Assembly: GCF_009834535.1 (NCBI RefSeq)
Contig: NC_045697.1
Location: forward strand, 102,240,001-102,304,000
Reading direction: 5' to 3'
DNA from: Camelus ferus
Taxonomy: Eukaryota
Length of the DNA: 64,000 nucleotides
The notes beneath the pieces are model-generated. The model did no database searches. It was given only the letters and a program-made list of their open reading frames with translations, and was not told the DNA's origin. Position numbers and translations under genes: made by a program. Below, piece by piece: positions 62,100-64,000 of the stretch. How positions within the stretch are numbered: position 1 is the stretch's first letter; each line of letters starts with the position of its first letter.

Positions 62100-63560
62100 T
62101 ATGTTAGAAAATAGCACATCTCATGTTTAACTGTAGTCCATTTCTCCATGGAGGATCAAAAACTGTCAAGTCTTTGAGGCAAACCTTGAAACACAAATAG
62201 ATGTTCTCACTAGGCAGAAAGAAGTATTCTTGGCATAGGGAGGGGTTTGAGTAAAGACACGAGTGTGAACCAGCATGGCAAGATCCAAGAACTGCTAGTT
62301 GTTCTGTAGACAAAAGTATAAGGTAAGTTTGAGGACAGAGAGACGTGGAAGCACTGAGAACTGAAGCCAGAGAGGTGAGAGAAATCAAATTGTGGTGGTT
62401 CTCTAGACCAGGTGAAGATATTTGAACTTTGTTCCTATGTGAAATGATAAACAGTTTTAAACTTTCAGTTTGTGCTTTAGAAAGACTTGTCTTAAAGATC
62501 AGTGGGGAGTAATCAGAAAATAGATAAACAACAAGTTTCTACTCTATAGCACAGGGAATTATATTCAATATCTTGTAGTAACTTATGGTGAAAAAGAATA
62601 TGAAAACGAATATATGTATGTTCATATATGCCTGAGGCATTATGCTGTATGCCAGAAGTTGATTTAACATTGTAAACTGACTATACTTCAATAAAAAAAT
62701 ATTTAAAAAAAGAAAAGGAGTAAAGCTGAAAGCAGAAAATTAATTAGGAATTCATTGCAGATTAGGAGAAACCAAAATATACATGAATAATAGGGGATGA
62801 AGAGGAAATAGACAAATACAACAGTTATTAACAAGCAAGAATTGGTCAGACTTAGTCATATTTGAATGGTGCCACCCACCATGACTTGAAACCAAGAAAC
62901 TTCATAATGACTGCATTTAGATTTGCTGATTTTGAGGCACCTATTGGACATGGGCAATTGGAGATCCTACGAAATTTATCTGGCTTAGATATACAGATTT
63001 TGATAGAATCAGAAAGTTATTTCCTTATTGGGCTGAAATCTCCCTTGCAGCTTTTGCTGAAGAAGAGAAAGAAAAGTCAGCTCTTAATGATTTCTTATAA
63101 GGCATTTATTCTTCATTCATGCAATCAGTCAATATTTCCTCCTGTACTCCTCTCCTCCACAAAGCTTATGTGCAAAATGGTGGAGGGATAGTAAGGCAGT
63201 GGACAGATAAATACACAAAATGATTGCAGGTTAAGATAAACACCCTAGAGTAAGTAACAGAGAGCTATTTATAAAGAAAAATAGTCTAAGGGTTATTTAG
63301 ATAGAATGATTATGAAAGACCTGTCTTTGGAAGTTCCCTTAAAATGATACTTGAAAAATGAGAAAAGGATGTGCAAGATGCCAAGAAGTTCCAGGCAGAG
63401 AACAGCAAGAATGAATACCTGGAGGAAGGGAAAAAAAAATTGATGTAGCCTGGGAAATATTAGAAGTTCAGGCAGCCTGGAAAACACAGGCTTACAACAA
63501 TAGTGAAGCGATAGGTGGAAAAAAGATCATGCAAGAAAAGATTTACAGATGCCTCATAGT
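62100..63560 (-). mobile_element. L2 LINE remnants (at least two pieces), interrupted by an L1 tail
   Basis: 'atttgaactttgttcctatgtgaaatg', 'gcttttagaaagac', 'tgattttgaggcacctattggacat', second tail 'ttcattcatgcaatcagtcaatattt'. Confidence 0.6.
62520..62715 (+). mobile_element. Short L1 3' tail insertion (camelid/cetartiodactyl type)
   Basis: Homologous to 24222-24400: 'tatagcacagggaa', 'gaatatatgtatgttcat', 'cattgtaaactgactatacttcaataaaaaaa'. Confidence 0.85.
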
Positions 63561-63849
63561 TCTAGGGTTTATAGCAGAAAAAAAATTCACAGTCATAAAA
63601 ATAAAGTGTGGAAAACTGGAACTTCGTTATTTTCCCTATTCCTGATTTGATATTCATTCTCAAGGGTTCATTTCTGCTGATGATATAGGATTTTGTCTTG
63701 AAAATTCGGACCAAACTTTGTCCATTTGGATTTTTCTTAGCTTCTTTTGAGTCAAAGTCAGTCACTTTAGGCTCTCCCTTCACCATTCTCCTTCTCTTTT
63801 CTCCGGTAATGATCTAAATTATTGAATAGGTAGAAGTAAGAATGAGAGA

Positions 63850-63935
63850 CAGAGAGTGAGGGTTTTAGTTACATACCCTGATTTGTCTGCTATGATCTTG
63901 GCTTATTTCTTTGTCCTGGGGTTCCATCTTGTTTA
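63850..63935 (+). mobile_element. MIR fragment
   Basis: 'ctgctatgatcttggcttatttctttgtcctggggttccatcttgt'; weak match. Confidence 0.4.
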
Positions 63936-64000
63936 ACAATTATTCCATAGTTTTAAATTTTAATAAAGTATTATTAATAAAAAATAATTTAAAATTTTTT

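Noticed and set aside
1..64000. ORF-track entries as genes
   Set aside because: Nearly all are 60-120 codons, many start at non-ATG codons, and they match chance expectation or antisense repeats. Only the L1 ORF2 pieces are recognisable.
1..64000. Prokaryote-type systems (CRISPR arrays, operons, defence or retron loci, rho-independent terminators)
   Set aside because: The DNA is mammalian, with no repeat-spacer arrays and no gene-dense coding sequence.

Overview
Mammalian nuclear DNA, about 60% AT by eye and CpG-depleted, intronic or intergenic. It is most likely from a camelid: there are two tRNA-Ala(AGC)-derived short SINEs of vic-1 type and cetartiodactyl-type L1 3' UTRs, and I recognised no Alu, B1/B2, PRE-1, BovB/Bov-tA or Can-SINE. 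I cannot identify any cellular protein-coding gene. The only recognisable protein sequence is a frameshifted LINE-1 ORF2 C-terminus in a young 5'-truncated L1 (22945-24400) with a 17-bp target-site duplication. Much of the rest is old repeats (MIR, L2, L1M/HAL1-like, MLT1 and ERVL LTRs, MER5/MER20/MER58) around unique segments. I did not find a convincing new biological system. The best leads are regulatory or structural: (1) a palindrome-rich promoter-like module followed by a GTAAGT donor at 19.9-20.15 kb; (2) a CACGTG E-box cluster at 29.3 kb; (3) a dense TTAC/GTAA and palindrome cluster at 46.6-46.9 kb; (4) a D-box plus NRF1 motif at 16.1 kb; (5) candidate + strand exons with an antisense L1 bias; (6) an exact 31-bp copy of an MLT1 segment 1.66 kb from its source. 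Repeat subfamily names and boundaries come from recalled consensus sequences matched by eye and are approximate.
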